Positions 1 through 12,500 of a DNA stretch of 64,000 bases are shown here, piece after piece. Origin of the DNA: Phoronis australis (Eukaryota; Animalia; Phoronida); assembly GCA_002633005.1 (NCBI GenBank), contig NMRA01000305.1:466958-530957 (forward strand). The letters run 5' to 3'. The notes below the pieces were generated by a model. The model ran no database searches. It had not been told where the DNA came from and was given only the letters and a program-made list of their open reading frames with translations. Within the stretch, counting starts at the first letter, position 1, and the number at the start of each line of letters is the position of its first letter. Position numbers and translations under genes: made by a program.

Positions 1-139
1 AGCGTAAATTTTATGAATCTTAGCTTCCGATTTCACCCGTTTCGGAGACCGGGTTTCAACCGCCTTGGGTTATAATAAGCGCCCCCTCAGAACCGAACTT
101 TTCTAAGCTCCCTGGGCGGTTATTACGGCGAATACGGTA
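1..139. mobile_element. Right end of a TA-flanked TIR DNA element (same family as 19487-20977)
   Basis: Highly similar to ~20840-20977; ends ...GGGCGGTTATTACGGCGAATACGG-TA. Confidence 0.85.
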
Positions 140-1489
140 CATGCAGTCGTTGAACGGCGAAAATTAATGCCCAAGTTGCCGAGAAACAAACCTTGTCGTC
201 ACTCAGAGAAACGAAAAGTCCGAGAAAAGGAGACAGAAGTCCACTAAAAAAGATGCATACGCACAGTTCTGATAGGTGGTACCCCGTTTTTTTAGTCCTC
301 TCGATTTTTTTGTCCACATGGACAGAAATTCGAGCCCCCCATTTTCAAGGCTGGGCGCGCGCATGCTCGCGATTAATTAGTCTTCTAATGGGATCAGAGA
401 ATTGTACTATCTCAGTGCACAAATGTCCTACGTATTTTAAATCAAGAGTATCGACGGTGAATTTGACACCAGTTACTTATTTCTCGGGAGTTTTGAGACT
501 GCTCAGACGATGCATCATGTGGCGTACGAACTTGGAATTCAAAAACACTATCAGAATAGGTGGCCTTTGAATAGTAAAAAACTTATGACTTTAAAAATAC
601 TGCTCTGTTTTGGCCCAAGCTATGATTATGGTATTCGTGAAACGTCCTTTTACAACGAACATTTCAAATGTTTTAACTTCCAACAGCCATCATCTCTTAC
701 TCGGGATAAGCGGGCTTCATGCTATCAGAGGGAAATGAAGTGTAATATTTATACTTGGGCCAAAGTTCTTCGAAAACACTGCCAACTGAAATGGACATAG
801 ATATCTAAGCTTGGCCAACTAAAGGCTGAAAGTAGTGCTTTCCCTTGTGGTGTAGCTTGGTCTTTAGTAACAGGCAGAGGAATGCCTATTGTTACCCAAG
901 CCTACAGTTTAAACATCTCCACAATAGCCCTTTATTATGAAAGTCAATGCAGGCACAATAGGGTAAGGTATACAAAATCAGATAAGAGATAATGATCCCC
1001 TATACCAGTTCTGAACCTGCTGACCGATATGCTAGTAAGAGGAGATCTCAGCTATAGTGCGACTAATTCCCACATCCAATAATCATCGCTCTTCATTTGA
1101 GGAGGAAGAAAATGCATTGTGAGATTGATCTAGTTTTCAAAACGTAGGGCTGCCAACCCCCTTCTGAGCTCAGTAGGACAAATGAAGAATGAGTCATGCA
1201 CCAAGTACAACTTACTGTAAAGCACAGAATTATGGGTAAATACAGTAGAATCAGGGTGCTGATTAAGGATTCCATGAAGTGGTTATTATGCTGGGACACT
1301 ATGAGCTTGAATGGTAAGTCTCGATTTTGTTTTGATTTTGAGCTCGTCTGAAGGAATGTTTCCTCTTACGAAACTAACACCTATGTGCATCTAGGATGAA
1401 CCTAACAGGCCGTATTTTGAAACTCAAAATTTTTGTGCCTAAATTTGAATTTCTAGAGTTTGGGGCATGCTGCACCATTTTAAACAAAC

Positions 1490-4400
1490 CTGCTGAGTGT
1501 GGTGTTAAGGTCACGAGTCTCCACTTGACGAAGGTTGCGTTGATTGAAGACAAGAGCTTTACCAGTGCTAACAACGCCGCAGTCATAGCTGTGAACAGCG
1601 CCATCTATCTTGAAACGGTCACGACTAATGGTGTTCAAGGAGGCAACATTCTCCATCAGATACAGCGGGTGAGGGAGAGCAGGAGAGGAACAGTCATCAC
1701 CATGGTAACCAAGGTCACAGCTGAAACCAAGGGCAACAATAAGGTGACTAGCGCTTGAAATCAGATATGAAGACCTAGGTGTACAGAGCTTTATCTCGGT
1801 GGCAAGGCTAGTAAGTGGTGACCGCTGTGGTGCCAAGGCAGGTCCCACCATTTATGTGACTGTGTACTTAGCCCCATGCGCCTGTATCTGAAATTATGCA
1901 TTTTTCCAAAAAATACTTTGCTCATTGAGACTAGTGTTTCGCATATAGGCGAATGCGTCTATGCTTCACTTATAGGCGAAGACGACTGTGCCTTATATAA
2001 AATCATGTCTTAAAAATTCAGTGCGTTCAGTTCTGTACAACTTTGTTTTGCACAAACTTTGAACTTCTCATTCAGATTGTAACTATAGTTGAATACACGT
2101 CAACACATATCATTGTATACAGGATAAGACAAGATTTACTCAGACACGTTAAAATTAAGTGGCTAGTATGTTTATGCACAACTGTTCTGCATAATTAGGT
2201 ACACACTTTTTGCTATCAACGTTCAGTTGTTACTTAAAAGGATACCGGACCCTGTTTTGACCTATTAACAGATATTAAAAACGACTTATCTATCCAATTC
2301 TCTGAAATAAAATAATACTCTGTAACCCCCCGACAACCCTAAGAAGTTTGGAGGACATTTGAAAATTCTTTTCAAAGTCTACTAAACCGGCAAGCGTGAC
2401 CTACGATTTTAGCGAATTACACGGCTAATGTGTGACAGGCTTAAGTGTGACAGGCTTAAGTGTGACAGGCTTAAGTGTGACAGGCTTAAGTGTGACAGGC
2501 TTAAGTGTGACAGGCTTAAGTGTGACAGGCTTAAGTGTGCAGCAATATTATTTGTGTTGCAAAATTTAACGGCAAAAACGAAAACATTTTTTGTATGAAT
2601 AAAGTCAGAATAATGACAAAAGGAGACGAGAAAGAGGGAACTGGAAATCAAATCTTAAGAGGAAATTGAAACCAAAGAAGAGGAAATCTCTCAAAGGAGG
2701 ATAACTAAAAGCTCTGCATAATTAACAAAATTGGATAATATTGAATAACAGGATAACATTAGATCAGCCCCACTTTCAGTTTCAATCATTGCTTAAAAAT
2801 AGACTCATTCTAGAAGAATATACAAGATGTCTAGACAAAAAATATTTAATCACAGCTCTTGGACAATTTAGATGTTCAAATCAGAAAATAAAAATCGAAA
2901 CTGGCAGACACTTTAGAAATAGCTAGAGATGAGCATTTCGGCTGTTTGTTTTGACACTGTTGAGGATGGAAAACACGTTTTATTAGAGTGTAACATTTAC
3001 AGTATAATGAAGATCTTAGGAGAAAGTATGGTATTGAAGAAATTAACTTCGACGGTGATTCCTTCATTTATTTGATGAAGTCTTGCAACGTTTGGAACTT
3101 ACCTAATTTCATTCGAAGTTTTTATTGTGCATATTAGTTAATTTAATAGCTTGTATTATGATAACTACTTTCAATCATTAAGAATACGCTGACCTAATTT
3201 TGTTTTTTGTTACTTTCATAATTGTATATGGGCGGCAGCCTAAGTACTGAGAAAAAATACATAAATTGGACAATTAAATAAATGTACTTTTTGTTTCGGT
3301 ATCTTAAACTTTTACACTTTCATGATATTCAGTTTACTATTAGAGGGTATCGTATTTAGCCAAAACACTTTTAAAACATGCAAGGGCTGTAAATTTAAAC
3401 GACAGACACATGTAAAGTATCAAAAAATTTGTAATTTGTAAGTAACCGGAAATACCAATACATATTTTATGTCGCACAATAGCAACCGAATTCGACACAA
3501 CAACAGGCGATTTCCATAACAGCAAAACACTATCCGGTTGACATTTAGGACAAGCATTGGTGAGTCATTGCTGCATGTATTTAAATATCCACGCACTGTA
3601 TTGGCTGTACTGACATTGCAGTGTCGTCTGCTTGCCAAGACAAGAGTTGGTGAATCATTGCTATACCCATGCAAGCAACTGGCTGCAAAGACAAACAAAG
3701 CTATGCCAGTGTCGCCTGCTTTTCCACCCGATTCCTGAGAGGTTGACAACAAAGCAAAGCTTTCAACAAGTAAGTAAAACACTAAGTACTGAGCAGAAGT
3801 GCTCTTAAACCTGCTTTCCATCGACAAATTTTGATTGATGCCATTTGCTGTAAAAATACACATCAACCTGTTATTAGTCCAAAATAAGCGAGATTTTTTC
3901 GTAAACGTCATTTTCAGAGTTCACCAAGCCCCTTGTAGCTTACTTACCATTATTAACTTAACCATTACATACCACTCCCCTAGACTGTTAAAACCAAGAA
4001 ATGTCTATCTGACGATCTGATCTACTATCACGTTTGATTAAACTTGACCAACAAGCCTATAGTTGTGTTGGCACACAATGCTGTGGTAGTAACTGGGTCA
4101 AGAGGTTACCGTCAAACTAAGGAACACTAAGAAATCAGCAGGTGAAAGTTAAGTCTAATTTCTCTGTAAGTCAACCCCTTTTATCTGTTCGAAGTTTTTT
4201 TGGTGATATTATTTCATACAAAACACATCTTCGCAATATTTCTTGAACCTAGTTTGGAAATATTTTTTAAATATCAGTTAGCGTCAGGTGCGCGGTTTAC
4301 AACGTAATTGTTGGATTACGTGAGATTATCAGATAAATGCAGACAATGAGATAGCTGAACTATTTAAACATTCGTTGCCAACTTTCTCCCCTTGCTATCG

Positions 4401-7400
4401 CCGTCAAACTCATAACGACACGATTCTATCCAGACTAGCCGATCAGTGAAATTGGGATAGTCATCCCACAACACGAGTGTGTAACGATGGGGGATAAAAG
4501 CATTGTTCGAATAAAACACGTCCCCAGTATAACACAACCTGGATTTTGTGTTTTGAAGTTGACGGTCTTTCCCCACAGTTGTCATTTAACTCAGTGACAC
4601 CTAAAGCCTTGGTCACACTTGGCCATTTAGCCGCCTTTATAAGGAATTTTCAAACTTTGACATTTGACGTTAACATATTAGCTTTAAATGAGCAAACCAT
4701 AGTTGGCAGATGTTCATAGGCCAAATCCAGGTTTGTTATCATTTCACACTTTGGGCTTGGAGGGGGGGCATAACTAATACGCATAGTGGCTCTAAGACTT
4801 TTGGGGACAGTTGTAAGTCCCAGGTGTCGTTCACACACAGTAGGTCTTGTGAAATTGACATGCAAGCTCAGTAAATGGAGTTACTTGTGGACCCTGGCCT
4901 TAGTCATACAACTGTCCCAGTTGGACTGTGTAACTAAACACAGCTTAACAAAAGGATTAGAGTACTGGCTGATAAGATCATTGTTTTATTACCCCCAATG
5001 AATTCTGAGTAGCCCAGCCCAGAATGAAGTAATACTTTTGGAGACATTTGGGATCATGGTATCCTGGAATTCCAAGAGGAGAAATTACATCCTTGTAGTG
5101 GGATGAGAGTTATCAAGGGTGAATCCCATTTACTATTATCCCATTTGCACATGGACCTTCGATGCAAACTTGTCATAACAATTGCTGCAATAGACGTACC
5201 ACTAGTTTTGATCGGTTCATCAGTTCACAAGATGTAAATGTCATAACTGATATAGCCAAACTCCTAGTCCATGCAGAGAACCGGAGATGGACTGTTTTAC
5301 ATGTTCAACTGTAGTTTGCATATTTTTTCATCCCCTCTGCATTTTGTTCAATCCAACATGTTGCGTGTGTGTGCGCCCGTGAGTGTGCGCATGCGCGTGC
5401 ATGCGTTTTTATTTCAGTAAAAGGGAAAGACAGCCTTATTACGGTGAAAATTCTTCAATTTGGGAGGAAAATGAATGATAAATTGACATTATATCTCTAT
5501 TTTTCAGAGGCTTAACACATTTTCACAAATGCTCAAAAATTCTACCAAATGCTGTTGCTTAGCTACGTCATACAAACCATGCTAAAAGCAAAGTAAGTTA
5601 TCCTGAAAAGATATTTTATTGCGAAATTTGACAAAATAAAATTTCACCTGACCGCCATATTGTGTCCAAAACTGAAGAATTTTTATCGTACACTGAAGAA
5701 ATCACTATTTTTATTTAAGAAGGCCAGTTTCTCACTGTGGCCTGTCTCCAAATGCATTGCAATCCACTTTCGAAACCAGAAGCCTCAAGATTAAATAACA
5801 TACTGTGGATAGTGAAACTAATTTCAAACTGACTCATGGACTTTTTACTTCCGTGCGTTATCTAAGATGCAGTGTATCATTCTCCAAATTGTCACTTCTC
5901 CAATTTCCAAAAGCTAATTACTCAGCAGTGAGTAATGAACACAATAACTAAATCTCGTTGTGCGACATCTACACAGTAAGACGTTTACCAGAAATTTTCT
6001 TAACCTTTATCCCCCATCCTGATTTCGGTGATCAGGAACTCGGGATTACAGCCCTATCCTTTAACAGCGATACTGAGGGGAGAAAATTGGGAAACCAATG
6101 TTTACGTAGTCCAGCCTTCTCATTGTCTGCGTTTGGGAGTCCTGGGTTTGAATCATGGCCTTACTGGCACACAGCCAAACATCGGATCACGGAGTCTTCT
6201 ACTCCTCTGAGAACTCGTGAATATAGGCTAGGGAGTAAATGAGAACTTGGATATAATGCGGAACCGATTTCTGGGGCTGTGCTCATATTTTATTGTCTGC
6301 GTTCATCTGATAAGCTCACATAACCCAGCAATTATGTTTTAAACAGCACGCCTGGTGTTTACCCATATTCAAAAATTACTATTTGCAAACAACTTTCAGC
6401 AAATGTCGTGAAGATGAGCTTTTCATGATATACTATCACAAAAAAACTACAAACAAATAAGAACGTTTGACTTTCATAGAATTCAGCCTTACCTTCACCT
6501 GCAGATTCCTTTGTGTTGCTATAACCTTTGACCGCTTTACCGCACCATCGAGTACCAAAAGGCTCGTTTGCCAAGCTTAACTGAACATGATTCTAGATCA
6601 GATCATGATATTAGAAATTTCTTGGTTTTAACAGTCCAGGGGAATCACGTATGGAACGAGAAATTCACTTGTCACCCATAATGTGTGCTTTACGGTACCA
6701 CAGACCATCATGTGTGTATTTTCATGACCACGGTCGAGTAGACCGCAAGACAGTAGCTCGCAGCTGCGGTGAGATATTTCTGCTTATAGACTACCAACAG
6801 TGAATTCAACTGTAATTCCTGTTTTCTAATCTATAATTCAACTTCGTAATGAGTAAGTCCAATCACAGCAGAGGTCGCTATTTGCCTAGGACAAGCTAGC
6901 AAGCTCTCGAGTAAAATCACGAAACATTTGCCTTTCATGCAACGATTTGCTTCGTCTCCCTTTTGTGTAAGAAACTAGGTCTACAGAACACTATCTGTGT
7001 ACCATTTGACACCTAAATAAAATCCTTAATTACTTTGCAGATGGCGTCAAACGAGCAGCTGGAACAATTACGTCGGTCCTTGGAATGTCCCATCTGCCTG
7101 GAGCAGACGAGAGATCCAAGGGCTTTGCCATGTCTACACTCGTACTGCGAGGAATGCTTGAGGCAACACATGGCGGAAAAGGAAGAACATAACATGTTTC
7201 CCTGTCCGATCTGTAATACCAAATACCCCATTCCAGACGAAGGTGTATTGGGCTTCAAAAGAAATTTTTTTGTTGCCAATATTGGTGAAATTTTGTTGAA
7301 AAATGACACTATTTATTGCGACATCTGCAAAATTGGCAGAGATCGTGAAGCCGAATTCATTTGTATTCAGTGCCGGCAACATTTCTGCAGAGAATGTTCA

Positions 7401-9526
7401 CAGGCTCACTCTTTTCACACAAATGACCATCGAGTGGTCAGTTTAGAGGAAGTTAAAAACGGACAACACATGGACGAAATGCGTCGTCACCAAAAAGTCT
7501 ATTGCTCTGTTCATCAAGAAAAGGTTTTAGAAAGCTACTGTGAACAATGTGAGATACCCATATGTTCACTTTGTTATGTTCTCGATCATATGAAGCACAA
7601 AGGGACTGATATAGGAAATGCTGCAGAGAGAGCGACCAGAGTCATGCGTGATTTATTGGAACCTTGGAGAAATGTCGCTCAGCATTATGAAATGTTGTGT
7701 GAAAAGCTAAAACAAATGGTTGAAAGTTTGGGACAGGATCAGGAAACGTGCGAGAGTGAGAAACACCTTTCTGTGGTCACATGTCAAGTGGAAGATCATC
7801 AAGAGAAAGCTATTCAACGGTTTGACGAACAAGTACAGGCGGCGAAAAAACAGGCAGAAGCTGCGTGTGACGAGGCTGAACTGAACAGGGGGAAGTTTGT
7901 CAGTGTTTTACAATATGTAAATAGCATTCTTGCCTCGGCGAATGATGCTGAGAAACTGCAACAATTTAGGGAAATTAGAAAACGTCTTGAAAACTTGAAT
8001 GTTGAAAATGTGGAAACACAGCTAAACCAACCAGCGCACAACTTACAACCCGGCAAAGTTGAATCTGCAAATTTAGGTTTAAATGCACTTACAATATTGA
8101 ACTATGACAGTTCATCCAAACTTTGTCAAACGTTAGTCAAAACTGTTGCAGTTTCCTGTAAATCATCTGCCCACCGCGTGGCCTCTCAACCGGCTGTTAA
8201 AGAACCTGCTCAACTGGAGCAGATTTTAAGCAGCCAGCGTGAGGGAGAAAAACAAGGTTGGTGTTGGGCACTAGCAGTAGATGATGGTGTTTTGGTGATT
8301 GTGGACGGTGAGAACCAGAATGTCAAGGGGTTTGGCAAAAATCGCTTCACATTTCAATTCTCGTTAAAGCAGCACAAACTGAAGTGCCCCTGGGATGTAA
8401 CAATAAATGCACATGGTGAGATCTTCATCACCGACCGCAGTATTCACGGCATTGTCAAGTATTACGCAACTGGTGGTGTGATTAAGGTGTATCCGGATTT
8501 GTACGTCTACGGGGGGTACGTTACTTGTCACAGAAATCAGCTGGTAGTAGCAGACACAGACGGTGGGCGGGTGATGTTCATGGATTATAATTGTAAAGTC
8601 CATTATCAAATAGACGCTCGCAGTCTGGGGCTGAATACATTCTCTCCTCGCTACATATGTGTCAATGTGAACACAGGACACCTTGTGGCGATAGAGTGGG
8701 AACCCGGCCGTGTGCACGTGATAGACTGTGACCAGCCAGCCATTATCAATACATACAGAGATAAACTGAGCGACTACCCACGAGGTGTGTGTGTAGATCA
8801 GTTTGGAAACACACTCGTGGCTGACCTCTTCTATAATAGGGTAATTCTATTCACCAATGCACGAGCACACGTGATGACCCCCCAGGGTGGTGTCTCTTGG
8901 CCTACAGGTGTCTGTGTATCAGCCCCAGGGGAGGTGTCTGTACAGGAGTATGATGGCCAAGTTAAGGTATTCAGATACCTGGACATCTAACTTCAAACAC
9001 CTTTGTGAAACTTGACAATGGGAAGATCTCATGCTTGCAATGGCAGCTGAAGAGAAAGTACGTGATGTTAAGTACTAAACACTTTTAGATGATTATATCT
9101 GAATGTTTTAGTAAACGACACAATGCAATAGGAATGATTTGCTAAGATATTTGGACCAATCTTTTGAACAAAAACTCACGTTATGCCAAACACTAAACAT
9201 TACAGAAAATACTTTAGAAACAAATAAAGTTTTCTTCGTCAGTTAACTGGACATCACATGCTACAGATTTGATCAACTCACTGTTCCCAGAAGCTGATGA
9301 GTCACTAGTCCCAAATTTCTTGGTTTGCCAACCCCCAAATTTGAATGCCACTTAACTGTCTCCCAACACAGATGTTAGCATTTAACAAAATCTTGCTTTT
9401 ATTTCAACATGCCCACTCCCACCCTAATGGCTGTATATCGTCCTTTTGAGCTGCACTCTTCCACAAGATTATTATTATTATTATTATTATATAATTATTA
9501 TATTATTATTATATTATTATATCATA

Positions 9527-9560
<34 letters not shown>

Positions 9561-12500
9561 CATTATCCTGACCTACAAAGTCCTTTTCCAACATAATACT
9601 TTGCACCAGCACTACTGACCTTATGTTGCCATCTTATGGAGACAGCATGTGACATAGTTTCCATCGTCGGAACACATGTCAAACGTAAATTATTGAGTCA
9701 GCCAAATACTAAGTACAAAGCTCTTCAATTCCCCAAAGTCACTCACCGACAGCCTGTGGACGTACAGTAGCCATGACCAGAACATGCGGACAGGCAAGCA
9801 CCAATGTATACTGAAATGTATGAAAAATGAGACATCAGGCAGCAATGCAGATATCATTTTAGAAAATCGTGAGTCTGAGTGAATTGACCTACACATCCTC
9901 AAGTCTGTGGCCAATTTGGAGGACCTGTGCGCATCTTTTCAGTTTTTGTCTTTTTTCGCTTCCAAATTTAATGGGTCCATTTGCCAGAGTTAAACAATCA
10001 CAGTGTATGAATGAATTTAGTTTAACGCCAATAATGCAGGGAACGCTCCTAATATTATTCCTGGGAAACAAACCACATATAATAAGATGACATTGAAAAC
10101 AATACACATGACCATTTCAATCCCAGTCCTTTCAAACTGCATCACAGAAAGAAAGAATGAATAGTGACTACAGAATGCAATATCACTCTACGTCATATAA
10201 GATGATTATTCACACATAAAAAGCCCTGCACTTTGAATGCTAAATAATTTTTGTTCATTTGCTTCACCTTGACCTTATCGCAGTTTTATCCAATTCCAAA
10301 ACAGCCAAGATTAAGTACACACATACCATTATCTAATGCCCAAGATGGCTTGGACACCACATTGTCCTGGCGCCATCTGAAGCGCACCGTAGGAACTAGA
10401 GCAGCCCAAGGGAGAGGAAGAGTGAGTCTAGTCCACCTGGTGAGGGATACATGAGCCAAATCAGGATTAGAAAGCAACCTCAACACTATGTCAAGGAAAT
10501 AAACAATGAAAGAAGACTTGTAGACAATAACGAAAAATTTCACCAGTTGCAAAATTGTGGGCATTCACAATAACAGCCTTTGGAAAAAAGAATTTACCAT
10601 TGAAGCTTAAAAAAATCTGAACTAAGCCAGTTTTCATTCACACAATTCAGTATTTATAGAGACTGTTTGCCAGTGCAGAGGCAAATCTACACACAAGGCC
10701 TAACATACTAAAAAACTGGGTCACGGTAAACGTTCTACTTTTAGAGTACATGTGTTATGTTGGTCGTGTGATGGTTTCAACATTGGCTAGTACAAGCACA
10801 GCATGAATTACAACGAACACAATTACGCATTCACAGGCAGGCCAAAGGAAAAACGTAACAATTATTTCCCACAATTTTGGCAGTGAGGACAATTGGAGCG
10901 TGTATCTATTAAGGCCATTAAAAAGAAACAAGTTTAACAAAACTTGTCTCCTGGAAAATTTGCTGCAAAGATACTCTGATTTCAAGTGTTAAAAAGTTAT
11001 AAATAATAACAACTAATAAATAACAGAAAATAACAGAGAATGATCAAAAATATCTAGTCTACACACCCGTTGATGTTTGAAGGTTTAAACAACGACGTCA
11101 GCAGTTGAGGCGAGCCAGAACAGGATCCTGGGAGACAGTAGGAGTGCAGACGATGCCACGAACGGCCATGATTGGTTGAGAAGTCAAGCTCAACACTGTT
11201 AGTTAGAGAAACATAAATATTTCAATAGTACAGACTGTAAAAATGTCAATTAGTGCCTGTAAATTAAAAATTGCATCAAGGGTTTAAAGTGGTTATAAAC
11301 CTGTGTTTTATCCAAGAAGCAAACTTTTGTTTTAGATCAGGTGCCTTGTTCTTTACTGAGATGAGAAGTGATCACTTCTAGAACTGACGGTTCATAATTG
11401 GTTGAGACCAAGTTTGATGAGTAGAATGAAATGACATGATAGCAAGCTTAATCTTGTATAGCCTGACATTAAGACATAACCACCTGTCAGGTATTCTGAA
11501 CTCTTGAAATCATCTCCAGTTATAATTTGAGGTCAGTTAAAGAACAGTAAGTAGACAGGTGTCAATCAAATTCTTTTTGTAATGGAAGGCAAGATTATAG
11601 TCGCATGAATTAAGAAATTATTACGAAGCAAAACAATTTAAAGACAAAAGTAATTTAGGACTGGTAACTTCCTCTAGCTTTCACTCCCAGAAGCAGTTAT
11701 CATGTATTCCGTAGTAAAAATGGCCATCCTTGTAAACCCAACTTTCGTAATTATTTACCTATTCCAACTGTGGTTTGTCCCACACTGTAAGTTCAGACTG
11801 AACTGTGCCACGTGCTGCACCCCAGCGGGGATGTGAGGAACAACCTGGATGTCATCCAGTGACCACACGTCTACATTCTCCGCGGAATGCCTCTTCTGTA
11901 ACCAGCATATCTTAATTCCAGGACGCTGAACACTACTAGGCAGTGGGATGGACATCAGGCTTGGTGGCTGTGAGGGATGACCAATGACCTTAGGTCAAGA
12001 TTACAGGCCGGGAAGCGTGTGTGTGTGTGTGGACACAAGGATCCGGCCAACATTTGAGACAAATTAGACTCATAAATATAGCAGAGTAACAACTTTTCCT
12101 GCAAATACGATTCTCCAATCGGCTTTCAATAGTTACTATGGAGACTATGGCATTTTGTCAGGTGCACATCGGCACAAGCCCCTAATCTTCCACAGCTGCA
12201 CTGCATTTTCCAATTTTCAAGGATGTGACTATCTAACATCAAGATGAAAGATCCTTTTCCCCCAATAAGTTCACACATATGGTCTAGTGCAATGAGATAT
12301 AAGAAAAGTCAATCAGAATTTGAAGCATTGGCCACCATTGCAGTGAATCAGGTCATGTTTCTGAAAGTCACGGGGTATTGACAACCACACACTTTTCCGT
12401 AACAGCATGCTCCCTAGATGTGTTCCGCATATCATTAACCACTACATGTAAACTGTATCCTCCAAACTGCTTCATGGTTACAACAGACATAGCCACAAAG

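Noticed and set aside
140-1489. Next Reelin exon or an independent gene in ORFs 193-570, 510-800 and 1396-1758
   Set aside because: I found no Reelin-like peptide with matching phase, and the ORFs have no recognisable motifs. 1396-1758 is antisense to the Reelin exon.
1721-1851. N-terminal part of the 123-aa ORF as Reelin coding sequence
   Set aside because: Similarity to Reelin starts only after the ggtttcag acceptor at 1722-1721, and the phase matches exon 9810-9747 there.
7035-7040. TTG start given in the ORF track for the TRIM gene
   Set aside because: TTGCAG is the splice acceptor; the eukaryotic start is the ATG at 7041.
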